A stretch of DNA of 64,000 bases, from NCBI GenBank assembly GCA_964276515.1, contig OZ193909.1:2480001-2544000 (forward strand). The letters run 5' to 3'. The translations under genes were made by a program, and so were the position numbers. Numbering within the stretch: the first letter of the stretch is position 1; every line of letters starts with the position of its first letter. The stretch comes from Gordius albopunctatus (Eukaryota). Positions 39,701-51,937 of this stretch are shown here, piece by piece. Under the pieces are notes generated by a model. That model had not been told where the DNA came from. It did no database searches and was given only the letters and a program-made list of their open reading frames with translations.

Positions 39701-41339
39701 ATTATGTAAAATTTGGGTGTAAGGAAAATAAAATTTTAGCGATATTAAAATAGTTTTTTAAAATATAAGAAGCATGATGAGGAGGCATGAGCTTAAAAAT
39801 CTCATTTTTGCATTTTTTAAATTATTAAAGTTATCGTCCAGTCCAGATAACTAGTCGCTTCCCTCGACAAACTCTATCATATGAAAAAATAGAAAAATAG
39901 ATTCTAGAGTGTTGTGAAATTTGGTTTTATTCGACTAATCAAATCAAATTTTTTTCGGTTTGTTTTTCTTAGTCGACTTCTTGGCTTAGTAGAAATTTAA
40001 AAAACAAAGTCTACCGTTAGCCTTTCAAAGCACGACAAAACCCCAGCGCTTATTTCAATGTTTCACGTTGAAGAAACGACACCACATTACAAATAAATGA
40101 ATTACCCTCATTTTTATTGTGGCAATGTTTACTCAAAGATCTCTCATTTGAAATCTATGATAAGTTGGCAAAAGGGTTTGCTTAATTTATTGACAAAGGC
40201 TACAAAATATTATGGCATCATTGTAGTATACGCTTCTTATGCTTTAGGAAAAAATCGATACTTTATTCATCCTCGAATTATGCACATGCCAAAATGATGC
40301 AGTATGGGATTCGTTAAATAATAATCTTATAAACTCTTATTTTAATGTAATATTATTTTATGTTTTTAATACTTCGTTGTTGTTGGAATTCGATATTCAA
40401 AGCAATTTATAATCACTTTGCTTAATAAATAAATGGTGTATGTAGAGAAAATTTATAATGTATTTGCCTCAAATTTTCAACATAATTCAGTTGTTAAAGA
40501 ATAACTAAGTCTTCAAAAGGTTTAAAATTACAAAACAATACAATAAGCAATGTTCATCAAGGTTAAACAATCTCGCTTAAACTTAACATTGGATATTGGC
40601 AAGGGCAACCACAAAGGCGACCTTTAAGTATCTTCCTCTTTTAACCAATGAAGTTATTTAGCAAAAGCCTTTTATTTATTGAGTAGTGAATTTCAGTAGA
40701 GCATAAGTTTAATTTTGTCAATAAATATAAAATTTCTTACAACTTAATAAAATTAATGTGATAGTGACCTTCATAAAATCCATTAATTAAATTTATTGGA
40801 ATTAAAAGTTACAAAACTTTTATTTTCCACCTTCCTAAGTTATTATTGCCCCCCCCTAAAATTTATATCCTGGCTGCGTACATTTTTCATACTTTTCTAT
40901 AATCATAAAATGCGTATACTTACTCATAATTAAAAGCTTTCAACTTTTATAAACACGTTTTAAGTGCTTTAAACTGCATGTTTGTGACTGAAAACTAAAG
41001 TAAAATCACTTTTCTCATCTAGGCGATTTAAATGTTTTGTTATGGACGCATTTATTAATCAACTTAACAAAATGTAAGGTTTCAAAAAGGGTTAAGTAAT
41101 TTTATTTCTAAACTATGCACAAAGATTTTTCAAACTTTAAGGCAGACTCAGAAAAATGAATTGCATAAAACAAATGCTTAAAATGTAAAATGGACTTAGC
41201 TACCGCTTTTAGATTAAAAAAATTGTAAAATAATTTTTGTCCATGGCTCTTACTTCATTATAATATTGCATGTATGTATATGTAGCGATTTGATTTGTAA
41301 ACGTGATGAAAAAATTCGATTTATACTCAACCGGTCTAA

Positions 41340-41682
41340 TGCTCAAGTAATCTAATGCACAAAAATTGTAATTTAAACATTATTAGATAAGTATATCTCT
41401 AACCCTAACCCTATAAAGCATAAATGCATATTAACTTATTATAAAGCATTTAATCTAACCTATGAAAGAAAATAATAAAAAATTTGAACTTCATATATTA
41501 TATGCTTAATATGAAAGAAAATATATATGCAGCAATAAAAAAGCTAATCTTCATATATTATATGCTTAATAAGTGTTTTTGCAACATTTTAAAGCGTTTT
41601 TAACTTGATTAAATATAAAATTAATTAGTTATAAGCATTCTTTGCAAATTTTAGATTACTTCAGCATTAGATCACTTGAGCA
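41340..41682. repeat. Small inverted-repeat (MITE-like) element
   Basis: TGCTCAAGTAATCTAATGC (41340-41358) is inverted 18/19 at 41664-41682; internal duplicated CTTCATATATTATATGCTTAAT. Confidence 0.6.
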
Positions 41683-42292
41683 AATACGAAAAATTCTAAT
41701 TGTACGCAAACAAAAAAATTTGTACTTAGTTAACTACAAAATTAGATACTTAGTATAAAATATTTTACAAAACAAATATTGTAACGCAAATTTAGAAATA
41801 AAGTTATAAATTAATTTAAGCGGAATATTCAAAGCGATAATAAGTAAACTTTGCTTTAAAAAAGCAGTAAAATTGAAAAATATGGGCTTTGTTTATGTTT
41901 GGGGGGGGGAGGAACATTCTAAAGAGCCAATCATCTACGAGAAAGACCAACCAATTGAAACGTTGCATTTCAATGTCACAATTCAATGTGTACAACTTTT
42001 TAATTTGTAAATGTATACTAATAGTAAAAGAGGCATATATAAATCATTTTTATCGTAAGAGAATAATGTTTCCTATGCTTTGTATGAGATACTATCAACT
42101 ATTTACCTTTTAATAATCAATTAAAAAATATAACCTTAAAATTAAAAAATATTTTATCCATTTTATGAAGAGCATCAATAATATCAAATAAGGAAAAACA
42201 AGTTTATTGTCTAAATTATCAATGACTTTGATACAAATTTGATAAACATAGCTATAAATATGCTATAGAAACCATAAATAACTAATTATAAA

Positions 42293-42977
42293 TCAATAAT
42301 AGTCTGCTTGGTAGGGCATTCTCCCACCAAATCCATCCCAAGATGGAAAGCAATGACAGCGAACCATATTTGAATTTCGGAAAGTTTCAGTTTGATTACT
42401 ATAAGTATAAGTTATATAGTTTATAAATTTTGCAATACTGATGGTCAAGAGAAGATGTTATCTTTGGGTTGGGATTTGAGATCTCCATGTCACTTGCTTG
42501 ACTCTGAATCTATAAAGATTGTGAATTCAATTTAAGTCATTACAATCAATTTCTAATCTTATCAATCCCCACCCATGGAAAAGTTCCATAAATTCTGCAT
42601 GTGTCCGTCATATGGTAAGTAAGTTAGAGATTAATAACCTGATTATCAGAAACATGATTTCCATTTGGTCGACCTAATGATGAAGTGTCATTATTATGAG
42701 GGTTACCCAATATATTGGTATCCAAATCATTACTTATACAAGCCTTCTTTGGGTTAGGAAACTGGTTATCATGCTAAATAAAAAAGTAAGCGAATATTAT
42801 ATTTTAGGCTAATTGTTCTACAGTATCCCCACTGTTCACTCGTGAAATAAATAAATACAAAATATTTACTGAATTCATTTGGGATCCATAAAATAGTTCA
42901 GCGAATTCGGATTTCCTTTTGTTAGAAGGAATGGATTGTTGAATGTAATTCAGGCAATTATCTTCGCAAAGAGGCAT
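42293..42977 (-). CDS. Uncharacterised 139-aa protein, 4 coding exons
   Basis: Exons 42977-42870, 42773-42639, 42509-42439 and 42398-42293 join by GT-AG in frame from ATG to TGA: MPLCEDNCLN..NKRKSE..PKKAC..MVRCHCFPSWDGFGGRMPYQADYY. Confidence 0.75.
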
Positions 42978-44229
42978 TATATAAACTTTTAAGCAGACGA
43001 ACTACGAAAAATAAAGCTAAATATGTCAATAGTAAACAATAGGTTAGTTTGTGTAAACCAATTCAAATTTGAAAAATAGTAAAATAATTACGAACGCACA
43101 ATAAATTACCTTGATCCAAAATTTTAACAAATCATCCTATTATAATGAATGTAATTATTGAGCAGCGTAAATTATCTTCAATTATTATATATAAAACACA
43201 TTGTAAAATAAATAATGGGGATACAAATATTATATGCTTGTAAAAAGTTTAATAAAAATCAAGTGTATTCTAATGAGCGTTTCAGCTAAGGTATATACAG
43301 ATTAAAACTTTATCTATAAAATTTTGAATTGTAAATGTGGGCAAGCAGGATGGGTTCTTGTAAAATTAATTGAATCTTGTTAAAAGCTGGTTTTATCAGA
43401 AGATTGACGCTATCTTAGATGCAAAATTGCATATTATTTTAAAAAAATATATGAGCCAACACTTTAAAAAGTGATAATAGAGAATTATTAAGCTCAGTAT
43501 TAAGCTTTGTTATTTTTGCAAAAAAATTTATTAAAAAAAGTTTGGAATCAGAGAGGGCGATAATGATTTAGAGAGGGAAAAATTATAACTTTTAAAATTT
43601 TAGCATTAATTTCAATAAATTTCAACAAATTTTTATTATAATTATCGTGTTAATGACTTAATTCGAACAAAATTTATTTATGAGGAGGGATGGATTTGAA
43701 TGCTTATTTATTAAAAATTCAATAGCTCAAACATGCAGTGAAATTTTTAATTTGTACAAAATCTTTCTGCTCATTTGATTTTGATTAATTTTAATATTAA
43801 TTTATATAAATTCAACTTGGCTTTAGAGTTGATAGGTGGCTTAGTGAAATTTACTTAGTTATAAAATTATAAACAAAATGACAGCATTAAGGATCGCATA
43901 ACTGAGTAAAACATTATCACAATCACTTTTAAGTCATAATTGATATACCACATAACTTATAACATGTTAAAGTGCTATATATAGACTGACGAATAAGTAG
44001 ATACTTGTTCGGAGTGCAGTGCCGGTTACTATATATAAAACATATAATAAACTCTATTAGTTACTATCCCGAAATTTAGTTAGCTTAAATTATAAAATAA
44101 TTTACAAATCTATACAAGCAAGTTCTAAATGGTTTAGAGAGGGGAGGAGTAAATATGGCATGGCTTTTCACCGTTGTAGGCCCTTGTTAATGTCACGTAT
44201 AGGCGACGTATGAGCGCTGACCTTGTCAT

Positions 44230-45043
44230 TCGACTTGTGGGTGTTCTAAGAGAATGTCTGACCACAATGCTTGCCACTTCTATTAGTCCCAGTATAACAC
44301 GTTTTTGAAAATATTTACTATCGCCATGTCGTATGCTTGGAATATATTGAGAAGTTTTCCCCCTTCTTTGTTCTTCCGACCATGCCCATAGCCTCCATGA
44401 TCGCGTTCATACCCGAGGCGATCTTTCCCTACGTGAGCGTTGAAATCCGTCCCAATAATTAGCCTTTCTTCCTGTCCTATTTATTGTATTTCCTTTTCCA
44501 ATGAATCAAAGAATATGTCTTTCTCTAATTCTAATTAGGACATTTGATCGAAATCTTCACCCACATTAGCCTGTCGAAAAAACGCTTGAATTCCACCACC
44601 TTGTCCTTGAAATATTCGCTTATAACAATACCGCCGCCATTTCGACGATTTGGTGACCCACTGTAGAATAGTTTGTATCCTTCTTCTAACTTCCGAGCTT
44701 TGGTTCGGTTCCCCCTCGTCTCTTGTAGGCCTAGCGATGTGTACCTTTCTTATTTTTACCATTTGTGTGACCTCGATGCTCTTTCCCGTCAAAGTTCCCA
44801 CATTCCATCACGTTATTCGCATTCTTTCCTCAACTAATTTGTTGAGCAGTAAGCCTATTGTATTTTTCACATTGCACGGGCAGGGTATGCTGTGCGCGTC
44901 GTTTGTGGAGGACGCCCTAGTTTTATATTGTAGAGTTTTATGTGAAACTATTATGGTTTTGGAAAGGTTTTTTACAGCTGGTATGTTAACTGATACCAAG
45001 CCTCCACTTTATGCACTGACTTGGGGCTATCATGGGTAATGTT
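44230..45043 (-). mobile_element. RTE LINE 5' portion (endonuclease), degenerate
   Basis: RASSTNDAH..PCNVK and WNVGTLTGKSIEV match the N-terminus of the 4591 ORF. Confidence 0.9.
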
Positions 45044-45044
45044 A
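44996..45044 (-). ncRNA. Degenerate twister ribozyme at the RTE 5' end
   Basis: Reverse strand T^AACATTACCCATGATAGCCCCAAGTCAGTGCATAAAGTGGAGGCTTGG aligns to 4497-4548. Confidence 0.65.
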
Positions 45045-45500
45045 GTTCATCCTATACCTATTATAGGGCTTTTGTTATCAGTTCTTCATTTTATTTTGTT
45101 CTTTGCAATCTAATTAAATAAGTCCTCAGGATATTTCCTTAGAATTTTGGAATCCTGAATTATTTTTGTAAATGTCTTAAATTAACAGCCGTCAACTTGC
45201 CGAAAACCATCTTGCCTAATTAAATCTCTCAATGTTAAAAAAATATCCCTCTTGAAAATGTCGCCCAACAAAAAAGCCTATTAATCATTGAATTTCAAAT
45301 TTAATTTAAAATTTAGATATTTTTTAAAATATAATTGATAATTATTATAAAAGGTAATCATCCTTCTTTATGATAAAGGGGAGATGGAATGGAGATGGTC
45401 GCTAATGTCCCAGGATGAATTTGCGCTGAAAACCATCTTGCCGAATTGAATGTCACAATGTTGAAAAGTCAATTTTTTCTTATCTACAAAAAATTATAAA

Positions 45501-45904
45501 ATGAATTCTCTTTCTCCCACTCCTAAGAAGATTGTAGAAATGAGTGATCAGTTTAAAAAACTTTATAAAAGTCCAACTCAAAAACCCATTGCCTACAAAA
45601 CTTGCCATAATTCTTCTATTATCAAAAATAGGCAACAACAAATTGCAAATATTAGAGACAGAATTAGTAGAAATCTGGCTACCCAATATGGTAAAAACTA
45701 GTTTAATAAATAATTTTATCATAGAAATTGATGCTCTTTTACTGCTCGAAGATAGAATAAAAAAAGAAATGAAGTCAAACGATGGTATTGTTAAATCTTT
45801 TACAATTTTTAATTTTTATAGAATTTCTACAAAAGCAATTGGAAGATAAGTTGCAATATGATATTGACCATTACATTGATACCTCCATTGAAGATCCACT
45901 TTAA
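45501..45904 (+). CDS. 110-aa protein resembling the N-terminal/middle regions of RPA-interacting protein (RPAIN)
   Basis: Exons 45501-45690, 45725-45784 and 45822-45904 (34 and 37 bp GT-AG introns) splice in frame. KKLYKSP..C....KNRQQ.I...R and IDALLLLEDRIKKEM..EDKLQYD recall RPAIN. The family call is weaker than the gene model. Confidence 0.6.
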
Positions 45905-47697
45905 AATCATAAGTTGATGTTCCTTGGATTTACACTAGAGGGACAAAAATCAATGAGCAGATTGAATTAACTAACCAAGAATATATATTGATCCCTAAAT
46001 TTACATTTGTATTAGGGTGGATTGAAATAATTTATTATAATGGATTGTAATATATAGCTAATGATAGCCATATGAATTCAATGGAAGAATAAAAGAGTAT
46101 AATAATAAAACATAAGAAAATTTGTTTCAAAGCATTATGCTATTTTAGAGTTAAAAACATATAGCATGTGTCAAACATTACATATCTCAAACTTTTATCA
46201 CAGCAGAAATACTGTCTGTTATACAAGCTATTTGCTTTTCAATTTAAAATTTGCAATTTTATATTTAATATAATATGATTATTTATACATTTTCTTACTT
46301 TTTAAAAATTATTATTATCTCAAGGGGGGGGGGGGTAAACTGCAAAAAAAATTATTAAATTTTTTAAAATATATAACTAAGATCAAAGTCCAGAAAAGGC
46401 AGGTGTGCTGCTGGAGCTGCTTGGCCTATCAGCTGGCAGGTAGCTGTCGTTAAGTTAGATTTTTAGGTAGACCAGTGCGGGCACCATAACAAGATTCGAG
46501 CCTTTAGGGCTTAATGATATTTTTATATAGTGTATTATTTTTCCATTTATTATTTTATTGAATAATAATAAAAGTTCTCAACCGAGCCAGAAATACCTTG
46601 TAGTGGCGGTTGAGTTTGTATACTCTCGTGATCCAAGAAGCTATACCTTTGGTAGCCAAAAACAATTTTTATGTTTGTTACTGGTGGGGTCACCCTATTG
46701 GCAAGGTTCTTGGTGAAGGGTCAGACTAAAATTTCTGGGCTTTTTGAGGGAGTACTTTGTGAAATTGAAGTGCTAGATTAAGTCTATCAATACGAGTGGT
46801 CTAAAGAAAAGTTAATTCACCAAAATGACTGCATCATAAAGAATAAAAGGTAGTCAAGCGCTAAAATCTAACATAGTTCCGTCAGGCTTGGAAGGCCGGG
46901 ATATCAATACTCCCTCATTCCATATAAACCAAAATGTATACTACAACAAAGACGCAGAATGAAAACCATAGGGCGTCCCCCTTAAGCGACGCGCGCATTC
47001 TTCGCCTGGAATGTGTGGGAAATAAACGAAGGCTACCGCTCTCTCAACAAACGGAAGCGGTTTAAGACATTAGTTTGCGTAGGATAAAGTTTGGGTCATG
47101 GAATATTGGTACAATGACTAGCAAGAGCAGAGAATTGGCAGACGTTCTAAGGAGGAGAAAAATCGATATTGCGTGTATACAAGAGACTAAATGGAAGGGC
47201 CAAAAAGCAAAATACATAGGGGACGGATGCAAATTATATTTTTACGGTACAGAAACTCACCGGAATGACGTCGGTATAGTGCTATCGGAAGAATTTCAGC
47301 AAACTGTCGCCGACGTTAAGAGAATCAATGACAGAATTATGGCGATACAGCTTTGTTATAAATCTACTACGATAGACGTTATATCAGCATACGCCCCTCA
47401 AAGTGGATGCTCTGAGACGGAAAAAGAGTGTTTTTGGAAGGAGCTTGAAGATGTTCTATCCTAATTCGGTAAAGAGGGACTAATAATTATCGGAGCGGAC
47501 CTCAATGGACACGTGGGCTAATCAAGGGGAGGATTTGAAAGAAATCACGGTGGTCGCGGTTACGGCCTAAAAAATGAAGGAGGTACGGAAATTCTAGAAA
47601 TTGCTCAAGCTTTTGAACTAGCAATAGGAAATACCTTCTTCAAAAAGAGACAGGAACATCTTATAACTTACAAAAGCGGCAGCCGTACCACTCAGAT

Positions 47698-48662
47698 TAG
47701 AAGTCTGCAGGGGGCGGCCCAAGCCCTGCCCGCGGGCTGGGCCGGACCTGAAAATCAGCACTAAAAAAAGTGCGGGTCGGGCTTGGGCTTTGATAAGTGA
47801 AAAAATTTAAATATATTAAACTCTATACTATCATTATAGTATTGACACCAAAAAAGGCATTTATTATCTTGATGATAAAAAATTTATTTTTTCTAACAAA
47901 AATTTGCTATTTAAACAGTATTATTTTGAGGGAAAATTTAATATTATATTTTTCGCTAATTAAGTAAATTAATTGAGATGAAAGAATTCTTGTTAAAACC
48001 ACGGTAACACAAACTTTAAATAAATTAATGCAAGAAGATCCTAGCTCTTCTTGCATCAGTCGTCCATCTATGAGCAATTCAGTTCAGGTATGTAGGCAAT
48101 TAGCTATTGGTGAAGTCGATATGGATATCTCCGTTTGGGAGGACGATGAAAGAGAGCAGATTGAGGAGAGCAATGAAGTTGATACTTATGTTAAATTAAA
48201 TCTTAAACCGGAAGATGATGAGATTGATGTTATTTCATGGTGGAAAGAACACGAACTTATCCTACCTAATTTGACAAAGTTAGCTGTACAGTTTTTGGCA
48301 ATTCCAGCCACAAGCGCTACAAGTGAACGCACGTTTAGTAAGGCAAGTCGCCTAATAGAAAAAAGAAGAACAAGACTACTACCTGATAGAATAGACAGTT
48401 TATTATTTTTAAATGAAAATATTGAATTATAATTTTTTTTATTAATATCGTTTTTATATGCTATAACAATTTTTTTCATACATGCAAAATTGTTTCTATG
48501 CAAATAAATTTTTTTTGAAAACACTGAAGCTTTTTTCTCGTGCGGGCCTGATGCGGCGCGTTTTTTGTTGTTTTTTTGCGGGGCGGGTATGGGTAAAAAA
48601 AATATATTTGTGTGGGTATGGGCCGGGCCTGACCCTGAAATTTCGGCCCATGCAGGTCTCTA
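47698..48662 (+). mobile_element. Internally deleted hAT transposon inserted in the RTE
   Basis: Perfect 8-bp TSD ACTCAGAT (47690-47697, 48663-48670); imperfect TIRs TAGAAGTCTGCAGGGG / CCCATGCAGGTCTCTA. Confidence 0.95.
48028..48432 (+). CDS. hAT transposase C-terminal dimerisation domain only
   Basis: WWKEH..LPNLTKLA..FLAIPATSATSERTFSKA..RRTRL...IDSLLFL motif. Confidence 0.85.
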   Translation: MQEDPSSSCISRPSMSNSVQVCRQLAIGEVDMDISVWEDDEREQIEESNEVDTYVKLNLKPEDDEIDVISWWKEHELILPNLTKLAVQFLAIPATSATSERTFSKASRLIEKRRTRLLPDRIDSLLFLNENIEL

Positions 48663-50128
48663 ACTCAGATAGATTTCTTTCTAGTCAAGAGAGCGCACTT
48701 AAAGTATGTTCAAAATGTTAAGGTGATACCGAGTGAAATATTAGCCTGCTAACACAAGCTGTTGGTGATGGACTTTATATTAAAGGGCAAAAGGTACAAA
48801 GAGTAGCCGCTACTATGCAATGGAGGAAACTAAAGGATAATATTCAACATTTTAAAGAACAGGTAAACATGCTGAATTTAAGGAAAATACTTCATGTGAG
48901 GATCAATGGAATGGTATAGCTGCCACAATGCGAAAAGCGGGACGACAAATACTAGGGGAAAGCAAGCCCATTAAAAGAATTCTCAAGGAGACGTGGTGGT
49001 GGAATGAAGAAGTGCAAAAATGTGTAAAGGAAAAGAATAGATTGTACAAAGTTTGGTATAAAAGCAAGGATAGTAATGATAAGCAAGCTTGCCACGAAAG
49101 CTAAAAACAAGGTGTACGACGATATAAATGTAAAACTCAAAGGAAGGAGAAAGATTGATCTACAAAATCGCAAAGTCAAGGGCACGAAATTCTAAAGATT
49201 ACCTAGAGTGCCGGCTAATCAAGGGTCAAAAGGGAGAAATACTAACACACGACAGCCATATACTACAAAGATGGTACGACTATTATAGCGATTTATCAAT
49301 TGAAAAGAGGCCTGTAGTCGAAGACACTAACCAGGAAAACAGAGTAGGAGAATTAAACACAGCGGACTGGATCACGGAAACGAAAGTAAAAGTTGCTATG
49401 GGTAAACTAAAGTCAGGAAAATCTCTTGGACCCGACAATATACCAATAGAGGGCTTCAAAGCGTTAGGCAATACTTTTGCTACTATATTTGTAATATATA
49501 AAAACTTTATTGTAGAACTTATAACAATATTAAGTTTTTTAAACTATTATTTTATATAAAGGATCTTATAATCCCTGATGATCTTAGGTGTCGATTAGGT
49601 TTTAATTCTTTTATAAATGATCCAATCTATATAAATTTAGCTTATTACATTTATTTTGCATCTGATAAAGCTGTTATAATATAAAATAATGATATTGATA
49701 ATATTATTTTAATAAATATAATCATTATTAGACATTGGAATAAGAATAATATATTTTATTTAAAGTAAATATAAAGTAAAAACAGTATATATAAAACAAT
49801 TGTAACAATTAAAAATATTTTATATAAAATGTCTTTTCAAGGAAATATAATTTTTGTCTATTGGTAAGGTTTTCTGGAATAGTCCCAGAAAACATATAAT
49901 TCATAATCTCAGTAAAACCATATTCTTCGATCCTATTAAATAAATGCTAAATTAATCAAAGTATAAATTAAGTAGTTTATATTCAAAATGCTTATTAATA
50001 TAATCAGCTATTGAAGAGGTTTTATTAAATCAATGACTTTATAATAGTTGAAACTTCAAGTAAACTTCTTTTTTTCCAATAAGTTGCTAATATTACAAGC
50101 TAGTGAAAAAGTTTATAAATACCTTATT

Positions 50129-50306
50129 CATGGGCGTAGCCAGCTTTGGAATTAGAGGGGGGCAATAATGATTTAAGGAGGTTTAGGGAGGGGCAAAATG
50201 AACGTTTTTTGAAATTTTACCTATAATTTTAATAAATTTTAACAATTTTTTAGATTTAGAGGGGGGCAGCCGCCCCTCCCTGCCCCCCCCCCTGGCTACG
50301 CCCATG
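50129..50306. mobile_element. Best-preserved copy of an abundant ~180-bp MITE (hAT-like)
   Basis: 15-bp TIR CATGGGCGTAGCCAG/CTGGCTACGCCCATG and perfect 8-bp TSD ACCTTATT. At least 15 diverged copies, e.g. ~12260, 13280, 14060, 18320, 20790, 21410, 22740, 26090, 31590, 43545, 57430, 60242. Confidence 0.93.
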
Positions 50307-50529
50307 ACCTTATTTGATGTATAACTTTATATTAATTGATGTACAAAACTTCTTCTTTTTTAATAAGTAACTAATCGGAGCTTTGAGAATTCGTACCTCT
50401 TTGCCCTCGTACATGAATTTCTCTGGAATAATTTCCTTAATAGATTTTTCGCTTCTTCGTATGTAATTCCTGTCAACTCTTGCGGTCTATAGTCCTCTAG
50501 TATTAATTGGAATGCATCCCCCTCGAGGC

Positions 50530-50959
50530 GTGTATTGACCTATTTGCCCCCTCTAACTACAACAATGATCCTTTAGCTGTCGCAGAGGGGCGGAAAGCTA
50601 ATAAATACAAAGCCCTATTATCCTCAAACATTTTTATTCCATTGGTTGCTTCGTGTTCAGGCACCTTTGGCAAACAGGCCTTGGCCTTTTTTAAAGAGAT
50701 AGGAAGACGTTCTCCCCCGTCTAAACATTCGGTATCCTTTTTACTTAAACAACGACTTGGTATTCTTATAGCCAAGAACAATTTTAAATCGTTCGCGGAT
50801 TCTTGGCCAATTTTGGAAGATCCCCTCGATGATGATATATTAGAATAGTGTATTATTTTATTTGACGCATTTTGTCTTTTTTCTTTTATGTATTTATATT
50901 AGATTACAGTCGACGGATTTTTAACAAATAAACTTTTTAATATTAAAAAAAAAAAAAAA
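50530..50959 (+). mobile_element. 3' end of a CRE-like retroelement with poly(A)
   Basis: CIDLFAPSN..AEGRK..KYKALL..FFKEIGRRSPPS matches ORF 38265-38657. AATAAACTTTTT is followed by an A15 run. Confidence 0.88.
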
Positions 50960-51789
50960 TAATAGCGCGGCTTTTGTTCATCTGTCTCCGTCTTATTGTT
51001 CATAAGGAATAACTCAAATTGGGTTAAGAAAGCGTCGATGTTAGCCGTTGTTTTATATTTCTGCATCTACGCGTAGGTTTCTCCACGACGCCACTGTTAG
51101 GTGCTGATATTTATTCACGTAAACTATTAGGAGTGTGATACAAAAACACGACGACCAAATCATAATAATGTGCTGGCGTATATATCCAAAGCCTTTATAT
51201 GTTACAACCAATTAACGATAATTTGATCGCCAACGCGCGTGTAAATAACATCAAATTTGATCGCCAACGCGCGTGTAAATAACATCAACACGCAGGTAAC
51301 TATCGTATCCCTGGAGGCACTTTACCTCTCTACAGGCCCCCTGGCTCTTCAAGCAATTTTTTTAAAATTTTTTGTAATTAAGAAACAATATCATAATTAT
51401 AATCATTTGTTTCTGAATAAAACTTTTAATTCTGAACTTAATAATGTCCGAAGAACTGAGATACATCAACATTTATAGGCACTTTGTTAAAAGTATTTTC
51501 ATTTTTCTCCTTATTTAACGCGCAAAAAATGATAAAATTAGATTTTTTAATTTATTTAGCCAAGCAGGAGGGGACACGACCGTCCTATAATAATAATAAT
51601 TGACGTGAAAAATAAGCAAAAAAAAGACTTTAATTTAATGTTTCAAAGCGCGTAAAAAGTTTCCATTTTCCGCAACACATGCCTACTGCATTTATCACAC
51701 TACCTGCAGGATAGATACGCAGTACGTCATGATGTTGCGTTTGATTGACGGTTTATTAAACGACAAAACATATAAAACGAACTAACTCA

Positions 51790-51937
51790 AAAACTACTGG
51801 ACCGATTTGGCTCGAACATATTTTAAAACATGCTCCGGAGTGTGGGAAATAAACTGTCAAATTTTGAGCCAAATCGGTCTGGTAGTTTTCAAAATTACTG
51901 GCGGCATACACACATAGTTTCATTTTTATATATAAGA
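51790..51937 (-). mobile_element. Helitron-like 5' terminus remnant
   Basis: The reverse strand begins TCTTATATATAAAAATGAAACTAT (repeated at ~52258-52282) and contains a 24-bp inverted repeat (51790-51813 / 51866-51889). No 3' CTAG end identified. Confidence 0.5.

Larger units (their letters stand above)
46590..49480 (+). mobile_element. Degenerate RTE LINE of a second family (5' leader, APE, linker; 3' part lost)
   Basis: GSWNIGTM, CIQETKWKG, GADLNGHVG, ETWWWNEEV and KSLGPDNIPIE. The leader at ~46594-46730 resembles RTE-BovB/Expander 5' UTRs as recalled; the start is approximate. Confidence 0.9.

Noticed and set aside
46594..46730. HDV-like ribozyme in the second RTE family leader
   Set aside because: I could not build the nested double pseudoknot by eye in this degenerate copy.
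51221..51288. 34-bp tandem duplication
   Set aside because: Two copies only; an ordinary local slippage event.
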